Positions 29,083 to 37,524 of a stretch of 62,523 bases of DNA are shown here, piece by piece (positions within the stretch are counted from its first letter, which is position 1; each line of letters starts with the position of its first letter). The stretch comes from a virus (lineage: Duplodnaviria > Caudoviricetes): positions 1-62,523 of IMG/VR virus record IMGVR_UViG_3300027969_000104; one strand, 5' to 3'. The notes beneath the pieces were generated by a model that searched no databases, was not told the origin of the DNA, and saw only the letters and a program-made list of their open reading frames with translations. The translations under genes were made by a program, and so were the position numbers.

Positions 29083-29259
29083 ATGGATAAGGAGATAAAT
29101 GATATTAGACTTGAGGCGTTACGCATGTCCTGGTACATGAGAGGTGGATTGCCATATGATCAAGCCTTGCAACTAAGTGTGTCAGAGAGAAAACTAATTA
29201 GTGGTATTATCAAAGATAACATGGAGACCACAAAAAAAAGTGGCTTGCCATTTTTTTAA
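29083..29259 (+). CDS. gp51-like hub assembly protein (58 aa; possibly made as a -1 frameshift extension of the previous gene)
   Basis: Not in the track: MDKEINDIRLEALRMSWYMRGGLPYDQALQLSVSERKLISGIIKDNMETTKKSGLPFF*; frame open from 28984; no SD before the ATG. Confidence 0.75.
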   Translation: MDKEINDIRLEALRMSWYMRGGLPYDQALQLSVSERKLISGIIKDNMETTKKSGLPFF

Positions 29260-29332
29260 GCTCCTTTTTCTGTTTTCTCCAGGCATGACTCCCATAATGT
29301 CAAGGATATCTTAAATTTCTTTTACCTTTAAG

Positions 29333-29965
29333 AGATTAGCTTCGCTAATCTAAGACTCGCTTACGCTCGTCTTATTTCTTTCCATTATTATTAGTAGTTG
29401 CAGTTGATACTATTCGTCTAGAACTAGGACATAATTCACCGTAAGCACGGTGAAAAAAATGTTCTCTTCGTCTGAGACTGAGGACACCTATTATAAAGAG
29501 ATTGTGCTTTCACACGCGGAGGCGGTTGACCGGTACCCCCTACTCTAGCTTCACAAATCAACGGAACCCTAGTGACCCTATAATAAATCAAAGTCCTATA
29601 AGCATGGGTCGTATCTTTTTCACGTTGCCCAAACCATTTGTTGCCTTAAGTTGGCTTTTGCCTTTGACACCCGAGTAAGCTTGCGCCTCTTCTATCCGAA
29701 TTGGGTTTTTCACCAATCCTCAACGGGGGTCGAGCCGCCTCGACCAAACGCTGTCAGTGTGATGCCTCCCAGGGTTTCACTGGTTCCGACAATAGTTTCG
29801 GGCTTCCCCTAACTTTGCTTGTTGATGCCTGTCTAATGATTTGTGTGATGCTTTATATAATGATTTAATAGTTTCGCAGTAAACATAACTACTTTCCGAG
29901 TTGGTGCGGTAGTAATATTTCACTGAAAAATTTTTGATGCCTTACTGAGATGCCTATCTAATGAT
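29333..29965 (-). ncRNA. Candidate large structured non-coding RNA (or RNA-primed origin), family not recognised
   Basis: About 650 nt with no ORF of 60 aa or more, visibly more GC-rich than the flanks, about 10 hairpins; GNRA loops and G-U pairs are consistent with the minus strand. Confidence 0.6.
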
Positions 29966-30394
29966 TTAAATTTTGTTTTTAATATGACTACCATGTATAC
30001 GACAAACTATTTGTCCGTTATAGTAATCATCACTTTCTAATACACGATGCTTAAACTGTTCCCTAACCTCAACATAACTGCATTCCGATTTGGTTTTGCA
30101 ATAATATAATATTTCCCTAGTGAAGTTTTCGATGCCTAACTTTTCGATGTCTTTATTTAATTCTATGCTGCTGCCGGTGTACTGTTGCCAGTCTGAATCC
30201 ACTTTGCTTCTGATTTTCTTTCGTTTTTTGGTGCCGTTCTTAAGTTTTACTACTTTGTATGTTGTCTTACTAAATTTTGCTAATTTTTTTCCAATATATT
30301 TTCTGCCTGATATGTTATTGGTAATACAATAAACAAATCCGACACAATCTTCTGGTAGTATCTCAACATGGGTGTTTTCAAAAAGCCATAACAT
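29966..30394 (-). CDS. Stand-alone GIY-YIG endonuclease (EndoII/Seg-like catalytic domain)
   Basis: GFVYCITN...KYIGKK, Y.GSS, FTREIL, conserved E, YYNG. Confidence 0.85.
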   Translation of the reverse strand: MLWLFENTHVEILPEDCVGFVYCITNNISGRKYIGKKLAKFSKTTYKVVKLKNGTKKRKKIRSKVDSDWQQYTGSSIELNKDIEKLGIENFTREILYYCKTKSECSYVEVREQFKHRVLESDDYYNGQIVCRIHGSHIKNKI

Positions 30395-30430
30395 CTACTA
30401 GTTATAGTCTTTATAATAACACTCATATTT

Positions 30431-32194
30431 TTATGATACATCCACATCTGTATTATAACTGGTAAAGCCTCCATCCTTTATTACTTTGAGAATATTCTCT
30501 ACTCTTCCTGTCAATTCATCTCTATGACTTACTAACCATATTGATTTATTTCTCTCTCGTGCCATTTGTTTTAATAAACCCAATGCAGACTCAACGCCCT
30601 GTGAATCAAGTCCGTTATCTATCATTTCGTCTACGAACAGAAGATTAATCGGAGTATATAATGATTCAAACACATCCCTGAATGCCCATGCCATTGATAA
30701 GATCAAGCGATTTCTTTCGCCCCTTGATAGATTATCAAAGTCAAGCTCACGACCTAGCTCTTCGATATTGACTGACAGATCATTTTGAAATATAACAGTA
30801 TGTGGTAGTCCAATACGATCTAAGTAATTAGTTAATCTTGTATTAAGATATGATAAGTTTTGTTCAATAATCTTTTTTCTTATGAAACTATCCTTGCTTG
30901 TAAGCAATTTTAATAAGAATTCTTGATGTTCTTGTACTTTAGTCAAATCATTCAACGCATCATATGTAACTTCTGCCAGTGCTTGCTCAGTCATTTCAGT
31001 AATTTGATCAGCATACGGATCTATTTCTGTTCGTTTATTTTCTAATTGAACTTGTAGACCAGCTATAGTAGCACGATGTTGAATTGCATCTTCTTCTTTA
31101 TCGTAAAACATCTTAGGTGGTTTGCCTAATATGCCAAGTGATAGCTGTGCATCGTTTAAATCTATTAGTAATTCGTTGTATTCTTTATTTGCTGCTTGTG
31201 AGACTTCTAGTTCTTTCTGTTTTGTAGATAACACCTGTTCATACTTACTATCGTGGAACTCTTGGCCGCACGTGTGACACTCATGATTTGCAAGCGTTTT
31301 GATTTCAGAAAGTAGCCTACTGATTGATTTTTCTTCTCTAGCAATATCTAATTTAACTCTGCTGATTTGTGTAGTTAGTTCATTGATGTCCTTACGCTTT
31401 TGATCCCATGATGAGTGATCTTTGTGCGCTTGAATTTCTAAATCTATGTTAATTTCCTGTAATGAAGCTAATGCTGCTTCAAGTTTTGTTGTATCTTCGG
31501 TGTTTTTAGTAGTCCAAAGTGTCTGTCTACGTTTTAGTGAGACAATTTGTTCTTCTATTCGTTTGTTTGCGTCTTGTACAGCACGAATTCTAACTTCTTC
31601 AGCTTGAATACTGTCTTTCGTAGTGCGATTTAGCTCTTTGATACGATCAGCACGTTCACTCAGTAACGTAATACCAAGTAATTGTTCAATAATAGTGCGT
31701 TGATCGTTGGCTTTTAGTGATAAAAACGGTTCAGTGTATGTATTAAGCGCCATAATATGCTTAAACATGTCATGACTCATGCCTAACATATCTTCAATTT
31801 CACTCTGGGTTTCTCTACTATCACCCTGTGCGTTGTCTTTGGCTTCGGTTTCTTTGTCATTGACATAAAACTTAAGCAAATTAGGCTTACGACCACGTTC
31901 AATACGATATTGTTGATCACCTATAGCAAAATCCAAGGATACTATCATGTTTTTGCCATTAGTTTTGTTAACTAGGTTATCACGCTTGATATTGCTTAGA
32001 GCAACACCATATAAAGCATATGATAATGCATTGATGATGGTAGTTTTGCCTGTTCCATTGCGAGATCCGTCTCCGCCTAGGTCTAAATTCTCTCCTAGTA
32101 CTAAAGTTAGGTCTCTGCGATCAAAATTTATTGCTTGAGTAGCATTTCCGACACTCATGAAGTTTTTTACTGTCAAATTCTGTATATTAATCAT
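30431..32194 (-). CDS. gp46: Recombination ATPase (gp46/SbcC/Rad50)
   Basis: Walker A NGTGKT, CHTC zinc hook, LSRGE signature, LLFVDE Walker B, SHR. Confidence 0.95.
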   Translation of the reverse strand: MINIQNLTVKNFMSVGNATQAINFDRRDLTLVLGENLDLGGDGSRNGTGKTTIINALSYALYGVALSNIKRDNLVNKTNGKNMIVSLDFAIGDQQYRIERGRKPNLLKFYVNDKETEAKDNAQGDSRETQSEIEDMLGMSHDMFKHIMALNTYTEPFLSLKANDQRTIIEQLLGITLLSERADRIKELNRTTKDSIQAEEVRIRAVQDANKRIEEQIVSLKRRQTLWTTKNTEDTTKLEAALASLQEINIDLEIQAHKDHSSWDQKRKDINELTTQISRVKLDIAREEKSISRLLSEIKTLANHECHTCGQEFHDSKYEQVLSTKQKELEVSQAANKEYNELLIDLNDAQLSLGILGKPPKMFYDKEEDAIQHRATIAGLQVQLENKRTEIDPYADQITEMTEQALAEVTYDALNDLTKVQEHQEFLLKLLTSKDSFIRKKIIEQNLSYLNTRLTNYLDRIGLPHTVIFQNDLSVNIEELGRELDFDNLSRGERNRLILSMAWAFRDVFESLYTPINLLFVDEMIDNGLDSQGVESALGLLKQMARERNKSIWLVSHRDELTGRVENILKVIKDGGFTSYNTDVDVS

Positions 32195-33207
32195 AGACTC
32201 TGGTAAATTTTTAGTAATAACTTAGGATCATAGAATTCTGATTCAATATTTGTAATTTGATCAGTGACAATTTGATCTACTGACTCAAATTTTATCTCTC
32301 CCGGAGCTAAATCAGTATCAACTGAGTTAGTTTTAACTGGAATTAACGCCATTTCGCGCAATTTATAGTCTTTGATGAATGTTTCTTTAATGAAATTAGC
32401 TTCTTCATAACTAATACCAATGTCCAACTCAACACGAACATACATGTTGGGTTGAAAGATGCTTGCTCCGTTGTCAATTGCATCACTTAACTTAAGTACA
32501 CGATATAATGGTTGTCCCGGCCATGAAAAATACTTGTCTTCCATGCCCCATTCTTTGACCATCATGCCACGAGCACTATCTCCTGCATCAGCAAAGTTAT
32601 GAGGAAAGCAATTACCAATATAAGTGACATTTTCTTTCTTTTGACGCATATGAAAGTGGCCACTATACACGCTTTCAAAGCCGGTGAAGTGATCTACCTT
32701 AATTTCACCTGTGTCTGGCATTTCTACCATGGCATTCATCTTAAAATGAGGTAATTCAAAGTGGCCAAACATATATTGACCACTTAGTTTCTGAATTTTT
32801 TTATGATCATCACCTACTAGCCATGGAGCAATTGTAACATTGCCTTCTGTGAACCAATCGTTTACAATAATGATGTTTGGAATGTGTTTAGCCCATTCTG
32901 CGCCATGAATATCACGTTTATCACGATAATATAAGTCATGGTTGCCAGGAATGAAGTAAAATTTATCAAATGCCTTAGATAATTTTTCTAATGCACGTAC
33001 ACTAAACTGAAGTGTTTGTAAATTGATTGAAGCACGATGATTATGCCAATCACCAAGGAACATACCGGTTTCACAGCCTTCTTCCTTGGCTTTATCAATA
33101 AACCAGTCAATAAATGCTTCGCAATCACGGTTATGTACTAAACTATTGGATTTTAAACCCCAATGAATATCGGTACATACCGCTGCTTTCTTAAATAGAT
33201 TTGTCAT
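32191..33207 (-). CDS. gp47: Recombination nuclease (gp47/SbcD/Mre11)
   Basis: DIHWG, LGD, GNHD, GHFE, SGHFH phosphoesterase motifs; ATGA overlap with gp46. Confidence 0.95.
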   Translation of the reverse strand: MTNLFKKAAVCTDIHWGLKSNSLVHNRDCEAFIDWFIDKAKEEGCETGMFLGDWHNHRASINLQTLQFSVRALEKLSKAFDKFYFIPGNHDLYYRDKRDIHGAEWAKHIPNIIIVNDWFTEGNVTIAPWLVGDDHKKIQKLSGQYMFGHFELPHFKMNAMVEMPDTGEIKVDHFTGFESVYSGHFHMRQKKENVTYIGNCFPHNFADAGDSARGMMVKEWGMEDKYFSWPGQPLYRVLKLSDAIDNGASIFQPNMYVRVELDIGISYEEANFIKETFIKDYKLREMALIPVKTNSVDTDLAPGEIKFESVDQIVTDQITNIESEFYDPKLLLKIYQSL

Positions 33208-33214
33208 AATGCCA

Positions 33215-33243
33215 AGTATAAACTAATGCTTAGTAGAATACAA
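33215..33243 (-). promoter_or_regulatory. sigma70-like promoter TTGTAT-17-TATACT
   Basis: -35 at 33238-33243, -10 at 33215-33220, 7 nt before the gp47 ATG. Confidence 0.65.
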
Positions 33244-33252
33244 TTAAAATGG

Positions 33253-34176
33253 TTAATCTTGATTATATTCGTCAACTGGAATGTTAATTACTGGTCCATG
33301 TGCATGTGCCTCTCGTCTACCTGAGTTCTGTCTTGACCATGATGGTGTTAATCCGTGTTGTTCAAGCAAATCATCACGAATATTTTGATTTTTCTTCTCA
33401 GAGTTCAAAATATGTGTAAATGAGTTAGTAATTGTTGCTGTGTAATATGCAAATGGATTTTGAGACTTACTTTCGTCAAATCGTAAACCAATTTGTGACA
33501 ATTGTACTAGAGCAGCACCACGCATTTCTTCATTATAGGTATAACCTCGCCAATTTGATCTTGTCGCATAACGGTCACATAGTTTAATAAACATAGTTGC
33601 TAGGGTATGAGTCATAGTTCCATGATCTTTGCAGAATTCACCTGTTTCTAGATCACCTTTCCAATGACTTTTGCCAACTAGATAAGGTTTTTTATTTTCA
33701 TCTAGTCTATAATGATAAAATGGCGGAAATGGAAGTCTAAGATATTTTTTTGCTGTGTCATCAATTGGATCTGGCAAAATTAAATCTAAAATATCTTCTT
33801 CGTCTACTATTTCAATATCAAATATATCTTCAATTTTTTTCTTTTTGGTTGCGCTCTTTGGTATCTTTTTAGGAGCTATTGGTATATGTTCCCAGCAAGA
33901 TACACGGAATACTACATCAGTGTTTGGTATTTTAGTAGGATCAACTATTACTTTTGTTTCTTTTTTGATACGATCAGCCCGATTTCGTCTGGCTTCTGCT
34001 ACTGTTCGTTGATTAATTTTACTCAAACTAGGCAAAATCATGTCATATTGATGATCGTTTTTAGGATCTAAGAATGAACAATATGTATTTTTGCTTAAAT
34101 GAATTTGTTTTAACAAATCTCTATTATTGAGATAAATGACTTTTTTTACTGGTGCTACTACGGGTTTTGTGGCCAC
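33253..34176 (-). CDS. gp55: Late-transcription sigma factor (gp55-like)
   Basis: YLNNRDLL, NWRGYTYNEEM, FDESKSQNPFAYYT motifs; GTG start after AGGAG. Confidence 0.88.
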   Translation of the reverse strand: MATKPVVAPVKKVIYLNNRDLLKQIHLSKNTYCSFLDPKNDHQYDMILPSLSKINQRTVAEARRNRADRIKKETKVIVDPTKIPNTDVVFRVSCWEHIPIAPKKIPKSATKKKKIEDIFDIEIVDEEDILDLILPDPIDDTAKKYLRLPFPPFYHYRLDENKKPYLVGKSHWKGDLETGEFCKDHGTMTHTLATMFIKLCDRYATRSNWRGYTYNEEMRGAALVQLSQIGLRFDESKSQNPFAYYTATITNSFTHILNSEKKNQNIRDDLLEQHGLTPSWSRQNSGRREAHAHGPVINIPVDEYNQD

Positions 34177-34204
34177 TAGTTATGTCTCCTACTAAGTTAA
34201 TTTT

Positions 34205-34232
34205 AGTATAACACAATTTAATCAATTGTCAA
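34205..34232 (-). promoter_or_regulatory. Near-consensus sigma70 promoter TTGACA-16-TATACT (extended -10) for gp55
   Basis: -35 at 34227-34232, -10 at 34205-34210. Confidence 0.75.
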
Positions 34233-34266
34233 GTTATTTAGTATAATATCTGTACATTATTTAACA

Positions 34267-34274
34267 TATAAATA
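34267..34274 (+). promoter_or_regulatory. Late promoter TATAAATA of the baseplate operon
   Basis: Exact consensus upstream of AGGA SD and ATG 34293. Confidence 0.75.
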
Positions 34275-34292
34275 ACAATATAGGAAAATACA

Positions 34293-35567
34293 ATGGCAAC
34301 AGCCGCAATAATACTAATAGCCGGACAACCGTGGACTCCGGGATCGCAATTGTCGCCTGCACAAATGGCAGCAGTTTCCGCTGCAATAGCAACGGGTAGT
34401 CCAGTTAACCCTGCGGCACGATCACAATTTTTTGCTCAAGGTGGGTCTGCTCCTGCAGTAAACTCATCTGCGCCTCCTGTAAATCCAACAACAAATCCAC
34501 AAGTTCCAGCTAGAACTGCGGTGGATCCAGCTAGACCCGCACTAGATCCTACCAGCCTAAGAGGACAAGCAAGAGCAAATGCAGCAAGATCAGTAGTAAA
34601 TCCAACAGTAGATCCAGCTGCTGCTGCCGCTATAGCACCCGCTGCAGCTAATTCGCCAGATGAATTTAAAAATACTCAGGGTGGAGCAACTTATGCTAAG
34701 CAGCTTGCCACTCAAAGTCCAAGAGCAAATGAAATACAGGCAAGCGTTGAAAATGCTAGAAGTCAACCTGCACAGGCAATAATTCTAGGTGATAATTCTA
34801 GTAATTATGACTGGCGTGTTAGATTGAGTTTAGGTAAAAACGCAGGCTATTTGTACAATGATCCTGATCCAGGTATATTACAGCCATTGAAGGCAACTAA
34901 TGGTATAGTATTTCCATATACACCTAAAATTGACATGTCATATAAAACAACTTATCAGCCATATGATGTAACACATTCTAATTTTCGTGGATATTACTAT
35001 CAAAATAGCCAAGTTGGTGATGTGCAAATTTCAGCAAAATTTACAGCACAAAATACTGCAGAAGCAAATTATTTACTTGCAGTGATACACTTTTTTCGTT
35101 CAGCAGGAAAAATGTTTTACGGCCAAGATGCTCAACGAGGAACTCCGCCACCATTATTATTTTTAACTGGTCTAGGACAATTTCAATTTAATAATCATCC
35201 ATGTTTGCTTACTAGTTTTACATATAATTTACCAGAAGATGTTGATTATATTAGAGCACACATTACTAATCAAATGTTAACTAATTTAACAGAACGAAAT
35301 AATAGAAAAGAGTCTACTTATACTGTTAATGCAACACCATCACAGCGATTAGCAAATGCTAGGTTAGCAAAGGGCGCACTTTCTAGTATGCCGTTTGGTA
35401 GTCCTCCTACTGTGCCATATGCTGCATTAGCTAATCCTACATATGTTCCTACTAAAATAGATTTAAGTATCGTGTTACATCCTGTAAATACTAGAGAACA
35501 AGTTAGTAAACAGTTTAGTCTTAAGCAATATGCTAACGGAAATCAACTTAGAGGAGGATTCTGGTAA
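34293..35567 (+). CDS. Baseplate/tail-tube junction protein (gp48/gp54-like) with Ala/Pro-rich N-terminal extension
   Basis: GIVFPYTPKI, PPPLLFLTG.G...FNNHPC tube-like motifs; precedes the gp53-like gene. Confidence 0.6.
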   Translation: MATAAIILIAGQPWTPGSQLSPAQMAAVSAAIATGSPVNPAARSQFFAQGGSAPAVNSSAPPVNPTTNPQVPARTAVDPARPALDPTSLRGQARANAARSVVNPTVDPAAAAAIAPAAANSPDEFKNTQGGATYAKQLATQSPRANEIQASVENARSQPAQAIILGDNSSNYDWRVRLSLGKNAGYLYNDPDPGILQPLKATNGIVFPYTPKIDMSYKTTYQPYDVTHSNFRGYYYQNSQVGDVQISAKFTAQNTAEANYLLAVIHFFRSAGKMFYGQDAQRGTPPPLLFLTGLGQFQFNNHPCLLTSFTYNLPEDVDYIRAHITNQMLTNLTERNNRKESTYTVNATPSQRLANARLAKGALSSMPFGSPPTVPYAALANPTYVPTKIDLSIVLHPVNTREQVSKQFSLKQYANGNQLRGGFW

Positions 35568-35869
35568 TGCCAGCAAACTACGATCAAACCAGCCCGTACT
35601 ATGAGACGCAATATAGTCAATATTTTTTAGATGTAATGATTAATCGTTCTATACCAAAATTGCCGGACGATCAATATTTCATGATAAATTTAACATATCA
35701 ATATAGACCAGATTTGCTTGCATACGATTTGTATGATAATAGCAATCTGTGGTGGGTATTTTATCAACGCAATCCAAATACATTAATGGCACCGCCACTT
35801 GATTTTACTTCTGGAACGCAAATTTATCTTCCTAAAATCAACACTCTTAAATCAACGTTGGGATTTTAA
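35567..35869 (+). CDS. Baseplate wedge protein (gp53-like, LysM-like)
   Basis: YRPDLLAYDLY...LWWVF...N motif. Confidence 0.8.
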   Translation: MPANYDQTSPYYETQYSQYFLDVMINRSIPKLPDDQYFMINLTYQYRPDLLAYDLYDNSNLWWVFYQRNPNTLMAPPLDFTSGTQIYLPKINTLKSTLGF

Positions 35870-35870
35870 T

Positions 35871-37514
35871 ATGGCGTCTGTTGGTGTTGGTACTAAAGAT
35901 GGAAAAAATGTTCCTCCGGTAACGGTAAATGGTACATTAATTACAGATCCAAAAGATGTAGCAAGAATTATAAAAGGAAAAGATGAAGCTGACGCAATTA
36001 TTGCTGCTCTTCCTCCTGCTACGTCACAAACTAACGAGGTTTTCAGAAGAGCAGAAATAAATGCAATTAAAAATACTAAGTATTTGGATGCTGCAGAAGC
36101 AGCATATAGTAAGGTAAGAGAAGCAAATACAACGGTTGAAATAGATGCTAATGGAAACAAAAGAACTATTTTTCGTGATCCAACTGTAAGAACTCCGACA
36201 AAAACTCCTGTTAGCAATCAACCAGCACCTGGAACAACTGCCACCCCGCCAAAAGGATTAAAAGCACAGGCAACACAAATTGATGATACCGGCACAAATG
36301 ATCCAAAAAGAACAACAAATGATACCCAACGCGGCCTACCTAGCACTGGCCCATACATTCATCGTGAACAATTTGTAACTCTTGTGCCAGGTGGAGCAGC
36401 ATATGGTAATCCAAATGCTACAATTAGGGGGCAAGATCGTGGAGCCACGCAAGCACCTGCGCCTGCCTGGCCAAATGATGACAATCCTAATTTACCACCT
36501 AGACAGTCTCAACGAGAAGTTATAATAAATTCAGATAGCAACAAAAGTAATTTTGTTAGGCCGCGTGCTAATATTTTGGATCAATTTGCTAGTTATACAT
36601 ACAATATTGCCTGGTACATGTTATCACCCGCTCAATATGCAGCACTTAATGGTAGTGCCAATAGAAAAGTTGGATTTTTTAGGGGACTTGCAAATTATGT
36701 TAGGGGAATAACAGAAAAAGATCCAGCAACCGCAACGTCAAGAGTTGGAGTTGGCAATTGGTCTTTGTTAATGCAAAGTGGAGGAGCATCTCAGCAGAAA
36801 CACGCGGTTGTTAAAACTGGTGTTGCTTTTTCTAATAATAATGTAATTTCCCAACCTGATATTGATACATCTATTCCAAATAGAAATAAATATTTTACCC
36901 TAGATTATTACCTAGATGATTTGGTAATAAAAACAGTAGTTACTAATGCCAGTGCTTCACAAGTAGCAGAACTTTCATTTAAGGTATCTGAGCCTAACGG
37001 ATTAACATTAATTCCAAATCTCAATTATGCTATTAGAGATGGTATTTCTGGCGCGGCACCAGTAAACACTGATTATTGTTTAGTTGTATCATTTTATGGA
37101 TGGGATATTGATGGAAATTTAATAACTGATCCTAGCAGAGATACCGGACTTCCCGGGGCAGTCCCTAACATAGAAAATGCTATACTAACTAGATATTATC
37201 CATTTAAAATAACAAATATTGATTTTTCAGTTGAAAGTAGGTCAGTTATATATCAAATAACTGGCGCTCCACAACAATATACTACAGCAGCATCATCTGC
37301 GTTGGGAAGTGTGCCGATGAATGTTGATCTTACTGGAGAAACAGTAAGTCAAATATTGTCAGGTAAAAATTCTATTCTTGCTACCTTATCTGAACAACAA
37401 GGAAATTTAGTTGATGGTAGAGAAAATTCAGCTGCATCATCGCCACCTGGCCCAAAAGATAGTCCAACTAATACTGACGCCGGATCATTTGACCCAAATA
37501 CCCAGGTAATATAA
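35871..37514 (+). CDS. Baseplate hub-like protein, N-terminal part
   Basis: Start re-assigned to ATG 35871 just after the gp53 stop; lies between gp53 and gp5. Confidence 0.55.
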   Translation: MASVGVGTKDGKNVPPVTVNGTLITDPKDVARIIKGKDEADAIIAALPPATSQTNEVFRRAEINAIKNTKYLDAAEAAYSKVREANTTVEIDANGNKRTIFRDPTVRTPTKTPVSNQPAPGTTATPPKGLKAQATQIDDTGTNDPKRTTNDTQRGLPSTGPYIHREQFVTLVPGGAAYGNPNATIRGQDRGATQAPAPAWPNDDNPNLPPRQSQREVIINSDSNKSNFVRPRANILDQFASYTYNIAWYMLSPAQYAALNGSANRKVGFFRGLANYVRGITEKDPATATSRVGVGNWSLLMQSGGASQQKHAVVKTGVAFSNNNVISQPDIDTSIPNRNKYFTLDYYLDDLVIKTVVTNASASQVAELSFKVSEPNGLTLIPNLNYAIRDGISGAAPVNTDYCLVVSFYGWDIDGNLITDPSRDTGLPGAVPNIENAILTRYYPFKITNIDFSVESRSVIYQITGAPQQYTTAASSALGSVPMNVDLTGETVSQILSGKNSILATLSEQQGNLVDGRENSAASSPPGPKDSPTNTDAGSFDPNTQVI

Positions 37515-37524
37515 GGAACTTATT

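Noticed and set aside
29500-29810. tmRNA, RNase P RNA or tRNA
   Set aside because: No T-arm/CCA end; GGGGAAGCCCG only loosely resembles RNase P CR-I and the CR-V motif was not found
29757-29967. CRISPR or TIGR array
   Set aside because: Repeats are short, interleaved and irregularly spaced; no Cas or Nop-domain gene recognised in the window
29400-30394. Group I intron carrying a GIY-YIG homing endonuclease
   Set aside because: No interrupted host gene (gp46 ends intact and the downstream gene is convergent); only a loose AAGATACGACC resemblance to the S element and no convincing P7 partner
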